Shown piece by piece: positions 32,290-45,336 of a stretch of DNA of 64,000 nucleotides. How positions within the stretch are numbered: the stretch's first letter is position 1; each line of letters starts with the position of its first letter. The notes beneath the pieces were generated by a model, which did no database searches, was not told the origin of the DNA, and saw only the letters and a list, made by a program, of their open reading frames with translations. The stretch lies in the NCBI GenBank assembly GCA_016906335.1, contig JADEYG010000015.1:248001-312000 (forward strand), in the 5' to 3' direction. A program made the translations under genes and the position numbers. Origin of the DNA: Novakomyces olei (taxonomy: Eukaryota).

Positions 32290-35200
32290 TCAAATAATAG
32301 TAGTCGGCAAGCAAGTCATTTGCTGCTGCAGAATACTGTCATTCCCCCCACTGCCAAACAGAGAGTCCAATCGCGATCGACGCTGCCTCTCGTTCTCCAA
32401 TAAATCACACTCTCCGCCAAAAATACTCTGCGTATCCAAATCACCTCCCTGTTCAGCGGCATACTCAATATGCTCCGTAAAAACTTCAGCCTGATGCTTT
32501 AACCCTATAGGCTCTGTCGACTTCATTGCACTATTCGTCTTTACATCAGCAGTAGGCGGACCCGATTTCACGAATGCGTCTGTCTCAGTATTTGTTAAAA
32601 ACATTGGATTGGATAATCTCCTCGGAGTGTCAATCTCCATCAGTGAATCTGCCTTTTCCAGATCATTTAGTTCAGGAACATTTGGGGTTGAAAGTGATGT
32701 AGGAAAACAGCAATTAAAATCCCCTCCGGCTCCGGCTACACTGACTTCGTCAAGCAGCGGAGTCTGATCAGTCGAGGGTGACGCCTGTGATCCGGCAGAC
32801 AGAGACGGCGGAGGGGGCAATTGCTCAACCGCCGAGCAAGATTCTCTGCCTCCCACGCCCTGGCCTTGACCGTTACTTACCCCCAGTTCATGTAACAAAT
32901 CGTGCCGGAGCTCGGGGACGATACCCGGCTGATCAGGTAAAATGGATGCAGCTCCACTGCCGCCATGGATACCCGTCTCGCTCCACTCACAGGGGTAAGG
33001 CGATCCGTCAGTGGCATAAGCAAAGACAAACGGGGCTGAAAAGTCTGAAGAAAGACCGTTGGCATTGCCGCGTACACTGCCTCTGTCCGTGCAGGGAGAA
33101 CCTAAAGCGCCAGAAGAACGTCCATGTTCATGACCATTATCCAATGCTGAATCCTGATCGAAAAAGACCGGGTCCCGAGGACTGAAATTCAGATTCCCAT
33201 GCCCACACTGGCCATCATACCCTAGTCTGTCGCCCACCATTGGCGAAAAAAGCGGGTCTTCAAACTTCAGAGTGACCCTTTCGCGGCCAATAAAGGACGA
33301 AGGCTGCCGATGACGAGTGTCTGATCTGGATGGCCACAAGGAGTGCCCGTTTGCCTCCTCCGACTCGTCAAATACGGATTCGTATCCGGTAAAAGGGACA
33401 CTCATCGGTGTCAAGCCATTGTTAAAATTCGTCTTGTTTTCATTGCTGCTATTTGCTCCAAGAGACGTAAATTTGACGTCTTTTCGGGGGAGATGAGAGC
33501 TGCGCCGCCTCGATACTGCTGATCTATCGTAAACAAGAGACGCTGTTGAGGCAGAGGGCGAGAGAGGGCGTTTGGATCCTCCACTGCTGATACTGTCCAA
33601 GGGCTTATTAATCTTTTGATTGGCAATAGACTGGGAACCAAACCTGCAAGTTTGCTGTTGCGGATCCGCACTGCCGGCTTCAAATTCATTGTAGTCAGAG
33701 CCACGGCCTTGGCTATTATTTGGTTGATCATTGCTTTGATTATTGTGATGGCGCTGTTGATGATGGTAATGGTGATGATGGTGGTGGTGGCGGCTATGAC
33801 GGGAGCTATGAGACGAAGTCTGTTTTATAGACTCCGACTCTGCCCGTTCCGACTTGGCCACTAAAAGGCCCATCAAGTCCGACATTATTGAAGCACGTCC
33901 AGCTATAAAATCGTTTTCCATGGCCAAGAAATGTAGCCGAGACGAAGCGTAATTCATGCCCTCGACCAGACGAGAATTAAGGCTGGTAAAGGCGTCCTCA
34001 GAGACTCCACAGTCCTCAAAGGAAAATGTGGGGCATTGAGAGACGGCGGACACCGATTTGCTTCCAGCCCTGGACTCTGCCGAATTGTGAGCAAAAGAGC
34101 CAGCTACAGTGGCAGCCCGATGTTGTGGACCCACAACTTGCATGCAGGTAAACGCCGCTACCAGACCAGACTGGTAAACCATATCGGACTCGCTCAAAAA
34201 GAAGCACCATTGCCCATAACTGCCATCGTCTGGCTCAACTGCCCTTTTCATTAAACTGAGGATTGCGGACGAGGCCTGGCCGATTGCCAACAGGGATTTG
34301 CGTGAGATTTCACTCGAAGGATCAGGGTGATTAACAACGATGCTCGTATATATCAACCGGCGAATATGGTGCCATATTAGAGCCAATGTAGTCTTCCTCT
34401 GGTTGATCGTACTGATTGCATGCTTGTTGGAAGAAGACAGTAGCTTCTCCACAAAGGCTACTGTCTCGTCCGTCAATGTCTCCTCCGGAATCTCGAATTT
34501 GCACTGGAACGGCAAATGCCTTCGCCAAACTTCAAGGCTGTCCAAAAGCGCTTGAACTACACTCGGACCAACGTTCAAGCTGGACTGGTAAAGGCGGAAG
34601 AGGATTGTCCATAGCACTTTGGCCGCACGGAATATAGACAGGGAGAAGGATATTGTTGTGGGCGAACCGGGTTGCGGTGCCAGAAAGCGGGTAGGCGTTA
34701 TATGCTCGTCGTCACTGCGCGTAAGCAACAAGATAAAAGATTGGGCAATGATTAATAATTAATTAAATGATTAAATGATTAAATGATTAAATGATTAAAT
34801 GATTAAATGATTAAATATGATTATACTCACATATCACTGGGGTACGGCACTTGCAATTCGCGTTCAGCAAAATGCTGAGGATGACCCTGATTAGCGGTTA
34901 TAAAGGTATCAATCGTGACAGTGATCCAAAACAAACGGCGTCTCATTTCCATTTCAAGAGGGCCGCGTTGGTGATTTGTATCGGCAGACGGCGGAACATG
35001 TAGGCCCAGTTCTCGGCACATATTCACAGCGTCACCGATTACACGGTAAAGCCGAGCGGGTCTGTCGCTAGCGGCAAGATTTAGGCACTGTAATAGATGG
35101 ATTTGAAGTGTTTCCATAGACGTTTTGTCTCTGGCTGCCTGAATGTAGAGGTAAGCACGTTGGAAAAGAGCCTCGTTTTCTTTGCTAGAAGCCTCGTCTT

Positions 35201-36358
35201 TACGCTGTGTTCCAATCGCCATGACCAGGAAAAGTTGAGCCAGCCAAGTAGGGTCTGTGTCGCGTCTTTTGAAGAGATTACCATTCTCACCATTTTCATC
35301 AATAGAGTCGTAGTGGGCATTATACTTTTCCATGAATGATGGTTTGTGTAGAATAGGGAGTAACGCATTCCACCTATCAAAATACTGAGTGATTAAAGCA
35401 TCCGCCAGAGCTTTCGGAGGCAGCTCACGATGCGCTGATGTCCGCAAAGCTACGTTGCGAGAAGAAGGGGAAGGAAACAGATGCTTTTCAATGCCCAAAG
35501 TGCAGCCAAACTCCTGCTTAATGTACGCTGAGAGCCGTAGATGCACATCACAGCCGGATGACGGGCCGATATAAATCGTCTGCTCACCCGGCATATTTAT
35601 GGCAGAGTCGATAGACCACTGCTGCTCGTTGCTCTTGTGAGACTCGGTCTCCGAGAATTCCCGACTGTTGCTGGAACCGCTGCGGATATGAGTTGAGGCA
35701 GTAGGAACAGGCAGATCAATGCTATCCTCGGATTTGACACTCGACGCCACTCCGACTGGAGCATTATTCCCACTAAAAGCATTATTCCCACTAGAAGCCT
35801 CGTGGTTTGCTCCGCTTCCGCCATTAAGTATCCGCGTTTCACGTAAACAGGCTTCCAGTTCCCGTACACGGTTCTCTAACGTTTCCGTATAACCGCGTGG
35901 AAACGCGCGACGCGTTAATTTGTCCGAGACACGGCATTCGAAGCCGACGCCAGAGCACTGAGAGCACTATTTATTAGTTTGCTTTTGCCACTGACTAGAG
36001 ATATGTGTAAGGCACGTACCTGAGGTCTTTTGCCATCGCACTTGATTTTTTTGCTTCGGCATCGGTCGCAACTACAAGTTTAGCAAAGTTTCTAAAAAGT
36101 GTTTTTTTCGATAGGGCTGTGCTTGCACGCGACAGGGAAAACGACAAGCCAAAATTTTGGGAGCCGCAGGGGCGATCGCCACCGGTGCGTATATATTTTT
36201 TCTATACAAGACAATGAAACAAAAACAGGACAGACACGGGTGGGAAAAAAAAACCGGAAAAAAAGAGGAGCAAAGGAGAAGAGCACTCACGCTTGAGATA
36301 TACGGCCAATGTTATTGTCATTGCTGATTATTCGCCACGACTGCGACCCGTCCGGCAT
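32290..36358 (-). CDS. Zn(II)2Cys6 transcription factor, Cat8/Sip4/FacB/Acu-15 family, 4 exons
   Basis: The spliced N-terminus reads [56 protein letters not shown], the Cat8/FacB signature. A fungal TF middle homology region follows (ELGLH, EMRRRLFW). Intron 34830-34715 joins the two large ORFs. Confidence 0.88.
34760..34815. repeat. Intronic 8-bp tandem repeat (TTAAATGA)n
   Basis: About six to seven copies are visible inside intron 3 of the Zn2Cys6 gene. Confidence 0.75.
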
Positions 36359-38395
36359 GTTTTGCAGGCACAGACGATCAAAGCTGTGTATTATAGAGAG
36401 TGTGGGGTTAAGCGGGGCGGAAGATTATATTTAAAGGAGATTATGTCCTTCATAAAATAATAAACTATGATGGGAATGAAAACACAAGCGATCGCCTAAA
36501 ACGTCGACCCAAGTAATTAATACAAGTAAGTGTATTGAGTAATTATCGTGATTAAAATAGTTTTCATAAAAAGAGTAGAACGGTCTGAACAATTATTATA
36601 TTTGGATAGCGAGAGTGGTATTGTTATTGCAGAAAAATTGCAATTGCTAATGGAATGTGCTTAAAAGGTCTATAAGCAATATTTGAAAATCTAGTCGATG
36701 CTCATATTCCAATGCGCACAATATTTGTCTTGTGTGGAGAGAAATTTAAGAGTGCACGCGTACAATAAACGCTGTTCCTGCTTGTGGGGAAAAGGCCGGG
36801 ACCGGTCGGGAACGAAAAAGAATTTGAAAATTACTCGAGATAACGCATTCGTTATTCACGATAAGCAAGCAATCGTATAGCCTAAGAATTCAATTGAATA
36901 CACAAAGACAAAGCGAGTGGGAAAAAGTGTACATTGCTCCGGCGAGGGTTTAATTAGTGTATTGTTTGGAAAGGAATAAACTGCAAAGAATCGCGGGCCA
37001 GACCCGGATCGACGGTTTTGACCAAAAGGGGTTGGCGTGCGATAAACAGTATACAAGTATTTTGTAGAATCGTGCTTCTATGCGAAGAACGAGCTTATTA
37101 CATATGAGATAATGCGATATTAATTATTGGTCGTAAATGGATGAAGTCCCAAGGGCCTTGTATCGACCGTTTGCCTGATTGGGCTGTCTGCAAAAGATAG
37201 TCCTATCAGGAGACGCGCTGCATCATCAAGGGTCTAATTTGCATCAGTGATAAGCAACTTTAGAAGGCAGCAGTAGCTGGCAACTTGGGAATATTGGGAA
37301 CAGGGAGCCGGGTTGACAGGGCGCTAAGACTTGACAAGTAATGCTATCTGCCACCACGAAAGAGTGAATGAAATGAATGGTCCCTGCCGCCCTGGAGCAA
37401 TGTGCTCGCTCTGGCTGTCTGACCTTTTATGAAACGCAAGGTAAATAAATTAAATTTAATATACCATCCACAAAGCCTTGATTGAAAGCATTTAATATTT
37501 CTAGTAGGGTTTAACCTATTTCCCAGCTTACAATAACCCAAATATGGTTTATTCCCCCTGTTGCACGTCGAGTTCCATAACATCCCTTTAAATTAATTGT
37601 TCAAGTGGCTACGGGACGAAGAAAGGCGCCTTCTTTATTGTACAGCGGTACATAAATTGGCCGACTGTGCTCATAATCCCACACAGATTTGACACATAAT
37701 TTTGATATTAATTTCAGTTTGAAAACAGCAACTGCCGTTCGCCGGTAGCCTCTTCATTATCCTCCCAAGGACACCACTATACTGCCTTGTCTTACATGGA
37801 TAGGCTGATTTTTTGAACATTTTACGCTTGGGAACATTAAAAAAGCTAAAACACAAAGTAAGTCAGGGTTTATACATTGCGCGTACAACGCGTATACAAC
37901 GAGCCGAGCGGGCGATAATATGTATAAAGAGACGCATCTTTCTGGATCATACAGGAACGTTGCTGTGAAGAGATCGACGTCAACGATAGATACTACTGCC
38001 GCTGACAGACAAGGTACATCTAAATGCGCTTGGTCATAAAACTATATCCGGTCTAATATTGTACGATCGAAGAGATAAGCTTTTTGTGATCGCAGTACGC
38101 GATGAGAACAGCTAAAGTAAGATTTTCATATATAAGGTATCTATAAAATCAACATTTGACTTGCAATAGCACCGGAAAAATGTATCACCCAAGAACGAAT
38201 AGGATAATTCGTACTCCGTAGAAATAAGAATTTATAAATAAAATAAAGTGTACGACAACGATGATCTAATAAATTAATATATGGTAGAGAATAAAATTCA
38301 AAAAAAAGCAAGAGCTTATCAGGTTACAACAGCCCAAACCTTATTACCTACGGCCGATCGCCTTGAGCGGCAGCCGTGTGTGCGTCTGTAGAGCA

Positions 38396-41300
38396 ATGGC
38401 AGACGCACCCGGCAAACCTGCTTTTACGAATCCTGAGGCGGATAGTTCGGCATCAACGCCAGCATCAAATACGCCCTCAGGAGGACTTGGCACTCCTGTA
38501 GGCAACGGATCTCCACGTCTTGCCCCCTCACCCCACCATTCCTCGTCACGTTTAGCTGTCCCGTCTTCGCTAGGCACTGGCCGTAATCGCCGAGTCGGAA
38601 ATCGTGTTCATTTCGGAGAAACGAGCCGTTCGAGTCCGCCTGTCTCAGCGGCAGCTAGCACAGTTGATGTGGCTGATACAGATCCTTCTGTTCGGGACAG
38701 CCCCTCTCTGTTCGCCCGGCGCCTTTCCAATTCTTCTCTGCAAAGTGCTTCCTCAATGGGCGGGATCAACCAAGCACCGAGCTTCTCCTCCACTACGCCT
38801 TTCTTCATAGAGGAGCAGGATGAAGATGAAGATGAACGGGACGCTGAGGATGAAAAAGCGGCTACGCGTGGAACTCTGCCACAGCCTCCACCAGCAGCGG
38901 CAGGAGCAGCTCCGTCTTACACTGGGCCATCGGCAAATAATAGCAATAGCAACAGCAACAGCAATAGCAACAGCGGCAGTTTTCTAAAAGTCCCCAGCCT
39001 GGACGCATCGACGCTGGCCCAGCGAAGAAACGCGTCTGATATCCCTCTTTTAAACCTCCCACCCAACGCTTATCGGGCCGCATCGGCTCCAACAACGCCC
39101 ACTAACGGGACCGGCAGTGGGGATCTGAGGGGAACCCGGGGCAGTGGATACTTTACAGAACAGGATTTAGAGAAACTAAGGGACGATGATGAAGTAAATA
39201 ACAGCAACGCCAATGGAAACAATGAAGACAAAGAGACTCCACCACGGAGTCGGTTCGGATCAACTGAGGCCTTACACAAATTGGCCTACCGGCTCGTTCG
39301 TGCTCATACAAAGCAATTATTCGGAAGTGAGAGGACCGGTGGATCTTCGGGGGAGGCGACACCGAACCAGAGTAGTGTAGATTTGCATTTACTCGGCCAG
39401 ATACATCAGCAGCAACAGCAGCTGCAGAAGAATGAACGTCGGCTAATGCAGAAGCTTGGTGGCCACAGACATAAAAGAGGAGAAGGCTCCCTGCAAAGTT
39501 TCCCCTCCAGTACGACATTGAACGATGAGTATTATGAAGACCAAGGCCGGGTAAACGACTCTTCCTACCGTGGAGGCGTATTGGGCTCGTTGCTTAAGCT
39601 TTACAGCAATCCACAGTCGATTTATGCTCATAAACAGGCACCCAAGGAGTCTTATGCAAATGCTACTACTCCGCCTGCTTATGGACGCCGCTCTCGAATT
39701 TATCACAACCATCGCCATTCTTCTTCAGCCACGTCTTTGTCAAATCTGGTAGCCTCGTCTTCCAGTACGTTTCTTGCCCCGGGAATTCATACTGCATCGG
39801 CAGAGAACAGTGCCACTGATCTAACGAGTCTGCTACGTGGACAAGAGGGCGGCAATGGCAACAACAATGGCAACAATAACAACAACAATCATGGAGAAGG
39901 ACCAGGGACGCCTGGTATTGGAGGCAATCCTCGGAGCAAAAGACCCTTCTTTAAGAAACCAGGGCAGTTAAATCTCCCATTTATTCGTCCCCGGCTCGAA
40001 GACGAGCTGCGTGTGACTGCGCATGTGGCCGATATCTTGCAGAGACAACGGTTTGTGATGAAAATGTGTCGTGTTCTTATGCTCTACGGTGCTCCTACTC
40101 ACCGTTTGGAAGAGTACCTGGTCCGAATGTGCCGGATTCTGGGCTTGGACGGTCAGTTTCTTTATATGCCCGGGGCCATGTTGGTCTCCTTTGGCGATGT
40201 TACAACGCACACTTCAGACATGCATATTGTTCGCTCACCACAAGGTATCGACTTGGGAAAGTTACAGCACGTTTTCGATGTTTACAAGTCAGTTGTGCAT
40301 GACTATGTCGGGGTCGAAGATGCACAAAAAGCCTTGGATGAAATTGTGAACAGAAAACCTTATTTCCGAGTCTGGATTGTTGTTCTTTTCCACGGCATTG
40401 CGGCAGCTACCGTTGGGCCGATTGCCTTTGGAGGACAGTGGATCGATATGCCGGTATCGTTTGCCAATGGACTCGTTGTCGGCACGTTGCAGCAAGTAGT
40501 TGCCCCCCGATCCTCGAATTACGTAAATATCTTTGAAGTTACTGCTACTATCATTACATCATTCATTTCACGGGGCATGGGCTCGATTCGGTGGGGGCAG
40601 GGCGCAGATGGCGCAGCGCAGTACCTTTTCTGCTATTCTAATATGGCTCAGGCGGCTATCGCTCTTATCCTGCCAGGTTATATTGTACTCTGTGGTGCTC
40701 TGGAACTGCAATCAAAGAATTTAGTGGCCGGTAGTGTGCGTCTATTTTATGCTGTAATCTACTCTCTGTTTTTGGGCTTTGGGATTCTTATTGGCTCTGC
40801 GATTTTTGGGTTGCTGTACTCAGACGCAAGCCAAGCGCTTACGTGTCGCGCGTCGGTGCCGCCAATATGGAGAATTTTGCTGATTCCTATTTTTACATTA
40901 TGGTAAGCTAATATATCGAATAATATTCTATTTATTATTATTTATTATTTATTATTATTTATTATTTATTATTATTATTATTTATTAATTTATCATTACC
41001 ATACTAATTCCAGTTTGATGATTGTGAACCAGGCACGGCCTCGGCAATGGCCGATTATGATGATAATCGCAGCGGCGGGGTACACGGTCAATTACTTTTC
41101 AAACAAACGGTTTGGCGTTGCTCAAGTCTCAAACGCTTTGGGTGCACTTTGCCTTGGCTTGCTAGGCAATGCGTACTCCCGCCTCGGTGCTCGATTGCCC
41201 TGGACAAAGAGCAATCATTTGGCTTTTGCAGCCATGCTTCCAGGCGTGTTTGTACAGGTGCCTTCTGGACTGGCAGCTCAAGGCGGGTTGCAGTCGGGCA

Positions 41301-41500
41301 TTAAATTGGCTATACAAATTGTGCAGTACACCAAAACGGGGAACTCGACCGATGCACCGGGCTCAGATAGCGGCAACGAGATTTTACAGTTTGGATTCAA
41401 CATGATTGAAGTGTCCATTGGCATCGCTGTTGGTCTCTTTCTGGCCGCTCTTATTGTTTATCCTATGGGCAAGAAAAGGAGCGGTCTTTTTGCATTCTAG
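38396..41500 (+). CDS. Prm10/ThrE-like (DUF1212) multi-pass membrane protein, 2 exons
   Basis: Long disordered N-terminus with GGVLGSLLKLY, then LMLYGAPTHRLEEY, LILPGYIVLCGALELQSKNLVAGSVR and LPGVFVQVPSG. Intron at 40903-41013. Confidence 0.88.
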
Positions 41501-42048
41501 TATAGATCATTTTTTGGGATTTAGATATATTGTTTTTTTTTTGTTCATAATGTTTCTCATACTCGGTCCGATTCAATTGTTTATTTTATGATTACTTTGT
41601 TTGTTTTTCACAGATTATTGCGCAGTTTGCACTTACAGAATGGATAATGAGGAGGAAACGGATGAGGCCGCATATTTAGATCGTTTCGCAAGGTTTGTAT
41701 AGACATGATCGTGTTTAAACGATAATTCAAGTTTCGCATTTGAACATTTATCCACCCAGATCATTACTGAAGCAATACAGCAATTTCAGAGAGCCGATTT
41801 CCGAATAGAAGCGTCCATGTGGCGTGATGGCAAGACCCCTTCTATCGGCTGCCAGAATTATATGGCTCTAGTCAATAGTGTCATAACCCTAACCCTAACG
41901 CCTGCAGTGTACTCTTACGTATTTTCCTTCCATTATCTTTCATATTATAATAAATGCAAACTAAATTATGTAATCGTCCAGGCCTTGTCGCCTTGTGATC
42001 GGCCCCACGTGAGAGTCGGAATCGCAAACTCACGATTCCGGTCTTCGG

Positions 42049-43432
42049 ATGGAGAAACCCTTCACCAGAGACAAACACAATGGTCAAACGGAAGCTGTAC
42101 GAGAATTGTCGATACCGTTTGCGTCTGGCTCAGCAAGTTACCATACAGTTTCCGAAGAATCACGTGAAAGTGGGATTGGCTCGGTTGACGAAGGAATGAA
42201 AATCAAACGGGATGCAGTACTGGCTCCTTTCTATTACCTGACTGCTCTGCCAACAAAGGCAATTCGTCAGCAGCTCTTGGATGCTTTTAATGTGTGGATC
42301 CAATTGGATATGACCGATTTGGATATTGTGAAGGGTGTTGTATCCGATCTTCATACGGCTTCGCTTTTAATCGACGATGTTGAAGATGCATCGCCCTTGA
42401 GACGAGGTGCACCAGCTGCTCACATGCGGTTTGGGACGGCTGCCACTGTAAATGCCGGGAATATGGTGTATTTTACCAGCTTACAAGCTCTACTGCGCAC
42501 AAGACCAAACTCGCTTTGTGCTAGTATTTTTACGGGTAATATTGCAAGAGATGTTTAAAGATGCACACTGGAAGGAATATTAATTGGAAAAGAGCAACTG
42601 CTCAGATTTTCAATGCAGACAAAACAGCGATGCTAACTATGTACAGATGAAATGGTGGAACTACACTTGGGTCAGGGACTGGAGATATATTGGCGAGATA
42701 ACAAGCGCTGCCCGACACAGGCCGAATATATTTCTATGAGCATTGCAAGTAGGGATTCCTGTCTTGGCCTCATTTGTTTGGCTTTTGTTGCTCTTCATTT
42801 TAATTTACTATATGATCTTGTTTTCTGCTTTCGATACTGACCGTTTCCAAGAGACAGGAGGGCTATTACGTATGGCTGTACGATTAATGTTAGAATTACG
42901 CGCGAGCTCAAATGCGGGTGTTACAAAGCTGATGGACGGCGATCAAGTGATACTGTTATCCGAAAACTTTGGAAGTTATTTCCAAATACGTGATGATTTA
43001 CTCAATTTGACTTCGGCAGAGGTACCTCTTTTTAATGCCTTTGAATTTAAAATTTACATTGCATTTTCTAAATGATTTACATAATAGTACACGAAGCAAA
43101 AAGGCTTTTGTGAGGATATCACGGAAGGAAAGTATTCCTTCCCTAGTGTTTATATGCTACAGGAGCCTGACGTACCCTATCAAAGCAAACTGCGATTTTC
43201 TGGTAAAACCGGTTTGTGCACATCATAAAGCTGATTGATAGAAATATTGCATTCGAGAACGTCAAGTTTGGAAACGTTACATGAGGCACAGAAATTACTT
43301 GAGGCCACAGGGGCGTTAAGCCATACAATGTCTGTTTTGCAAACAGCCGAGCAAAATTTGAATAAGCTTCTGGATGGTTTACCCGCGAATAAGGCAATGC
43401 GAAATGTTTTGGCACGATTAAAGACAAATTGA
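42049..43432 (+). CDS. Geranylgeranyl pyrophosphate synthase (type III, Bts1-like), 5 exons
   Basis: [51 protein letters not shown] and [11 protein letters not shown]. Introns at 42536-42646, 42748-42851, 43022-43087 and 43203-43241. Confidence 0.9.
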
Positions 43433-45336
43433 AGTCTACACGCTCGCTAATAATCTGGTTTTTAACAACTTTTATCAGGAGAGATTGAGAAATGGAGTTT
43501 CAATGGCTTCTTTCGGTTTTGCGGTTAGGTTCTGTCTTTTATATAAACTGTTGATCTGTCTTTATCTTGTAAACGCTTTCTGTCTTTTTTCCTTGTTAAT
43601 TTCTTTTTATCTTTTATCAATAAAGTCTGTACATATTATTAGCAAAGCACGATAAATGTGTTCCTGTAAAGTAAGGCACTAGCATTTGAATTACAGTAAG
43701 ACTTAGAGCGAGGAAAAAAGAAGCCTTATGGAATAGCGACGAAAGCAGACAATTGCTAAAATTGTATTGCATCATGTTTGTGTTGAGTAAATTTCGTGAA
43801 TTGCGAATGTATAAATATAGTAATCATCATACCAAATAGCTGAATATAGGAGCCTCAGAATCCAGAGTATTGATACAGCATAATTTCTTAAATTCTTGGC
43901 AGGTATTCGTAGGGAAAACTTAGCGTTAGTGGGCAATAGCATATATAACGGGTCAAAAGTGCAAGCCGCTCAACGGAAGGGCAATTTGGCTTGCCAAGAC
44001 TAAAACCAAGAGAGGCTTATTCTCAATTGTTAGGCTAAAAGAGCACGGTACAAGTCCAATACTGTCATGCGACGTCGAAATACTAGAAATGACACATATT
44101 AGGGAACTAAGAGCGTCATTTATCAAATATCAAACTTTTCCAGTGATTATTTACATCCTGGCGCCAAAAGGGATGCTCCTATAATTGTTAATTTGATTAT
44201 CACTTTAATCAGTAGCTGTTATTTTAATTGTTATTGTCGCTATTTAATATTTCTAATATATATAATATTTCTAATATAGAACTACCGCAAATATCATCGC
44301 TATAAATATAACTCTTTCATATAGACGATTAAGACAATAGTAACCAGCGTACGGAATCGGGAAATTGAGAACCTACTCGCGTATAAGCGAACAAAAATTG
44401 TCAACAACATCACGTGACCCCGTTGTCACGCATTACTTTTACAAACGAGGGGTTGCGATAGAGCTGGAGCAGTAATGAACGTACAAATCTGGATGAAAGG
44501 GGTATACAACTGTTTAGACTGTGCCAAGGTTCTTGATCCGAGTTCCTTATCCCTCTCTTGGCAGTCTATCTATTTGCCATAATATTGCGCCGTCCAACGG
44601 TTAACTCTATATTCCAACGGCAATAATGTACCTGCACAACGGTGTGCGGGAAACGTAAGCAGCGTTATTTTGTGTGGTAGAAACAACGTTTTCTATATAT
44701 ATCACACAATTAGCATACATAGTATACGTGCGTGTGTATGCTTTGGTGGAAAAGTTCGTTTATAAATAAACTGCTATACTGTGGAACATGAAGAATAATA
44801 AGAATAATATATAATAGGGAATACACCCCAACACAGCCTTCTCCCATCCGGATGTTTGCCTATATGCAATGAGACATTAGCCGGCAAAAGCCTTTCCTTT
44901 CTTTTACTGTTATTTTCAGAGTACTTCGTTGTTTTATAGATTCTGTACTCAACCCTCTCGTTTTCTTTTCTTTTGTTACCAGGACGGAGCCGGTCAAGTC
45001 CCAAGGAACAATAGCGTGGGTTCCTGTGCCTACCGAGACTGAAAAAAAAAGAGATCAGGGAAGAAGGTTTAAAAGACAAGAGGAAGAGGGAAAAGTCAAT
45101 AAGGGGAAAAACTGTTTGTCAGTTTTTATTTGATACCGAGCATCCTGCGCCCTTCAACTCCTACTGACCTTTTTTGTCACTTAAATTTTGATACACTTTC
45201 GTACTCGGAGCTGTCTAGCGCTCACGTGAATTCTACACTTTGCTTTAACTGCACAATCCTTTATTGTTTAAACCAATAATTTGCATCAAAACGGAACAGG
45301 ATTCATTGCCAATCTAATTGCTGAAAAAATAAAAAA

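Noticed and set aside
41885..41900. TAACCCTAACCCTAAC considered as a telomerase RNA template or chromosome end
   Set aside because: It lies in a ~550-bp intergenic gap about 150 bp upstream of the GGPPS gene, which leaves little room for a fungal telomerase RNA. A protein-binding site is more plausible.
43790..43832. Minus-strand ATGATGA followed by ACATTCGCAATTCAC, resembling U14 snoRNA box C plus domain A
   Set aside because: The match to the 18S-antisense element is imperfect, and I found no domain B or box D at a suitable distance downstream.
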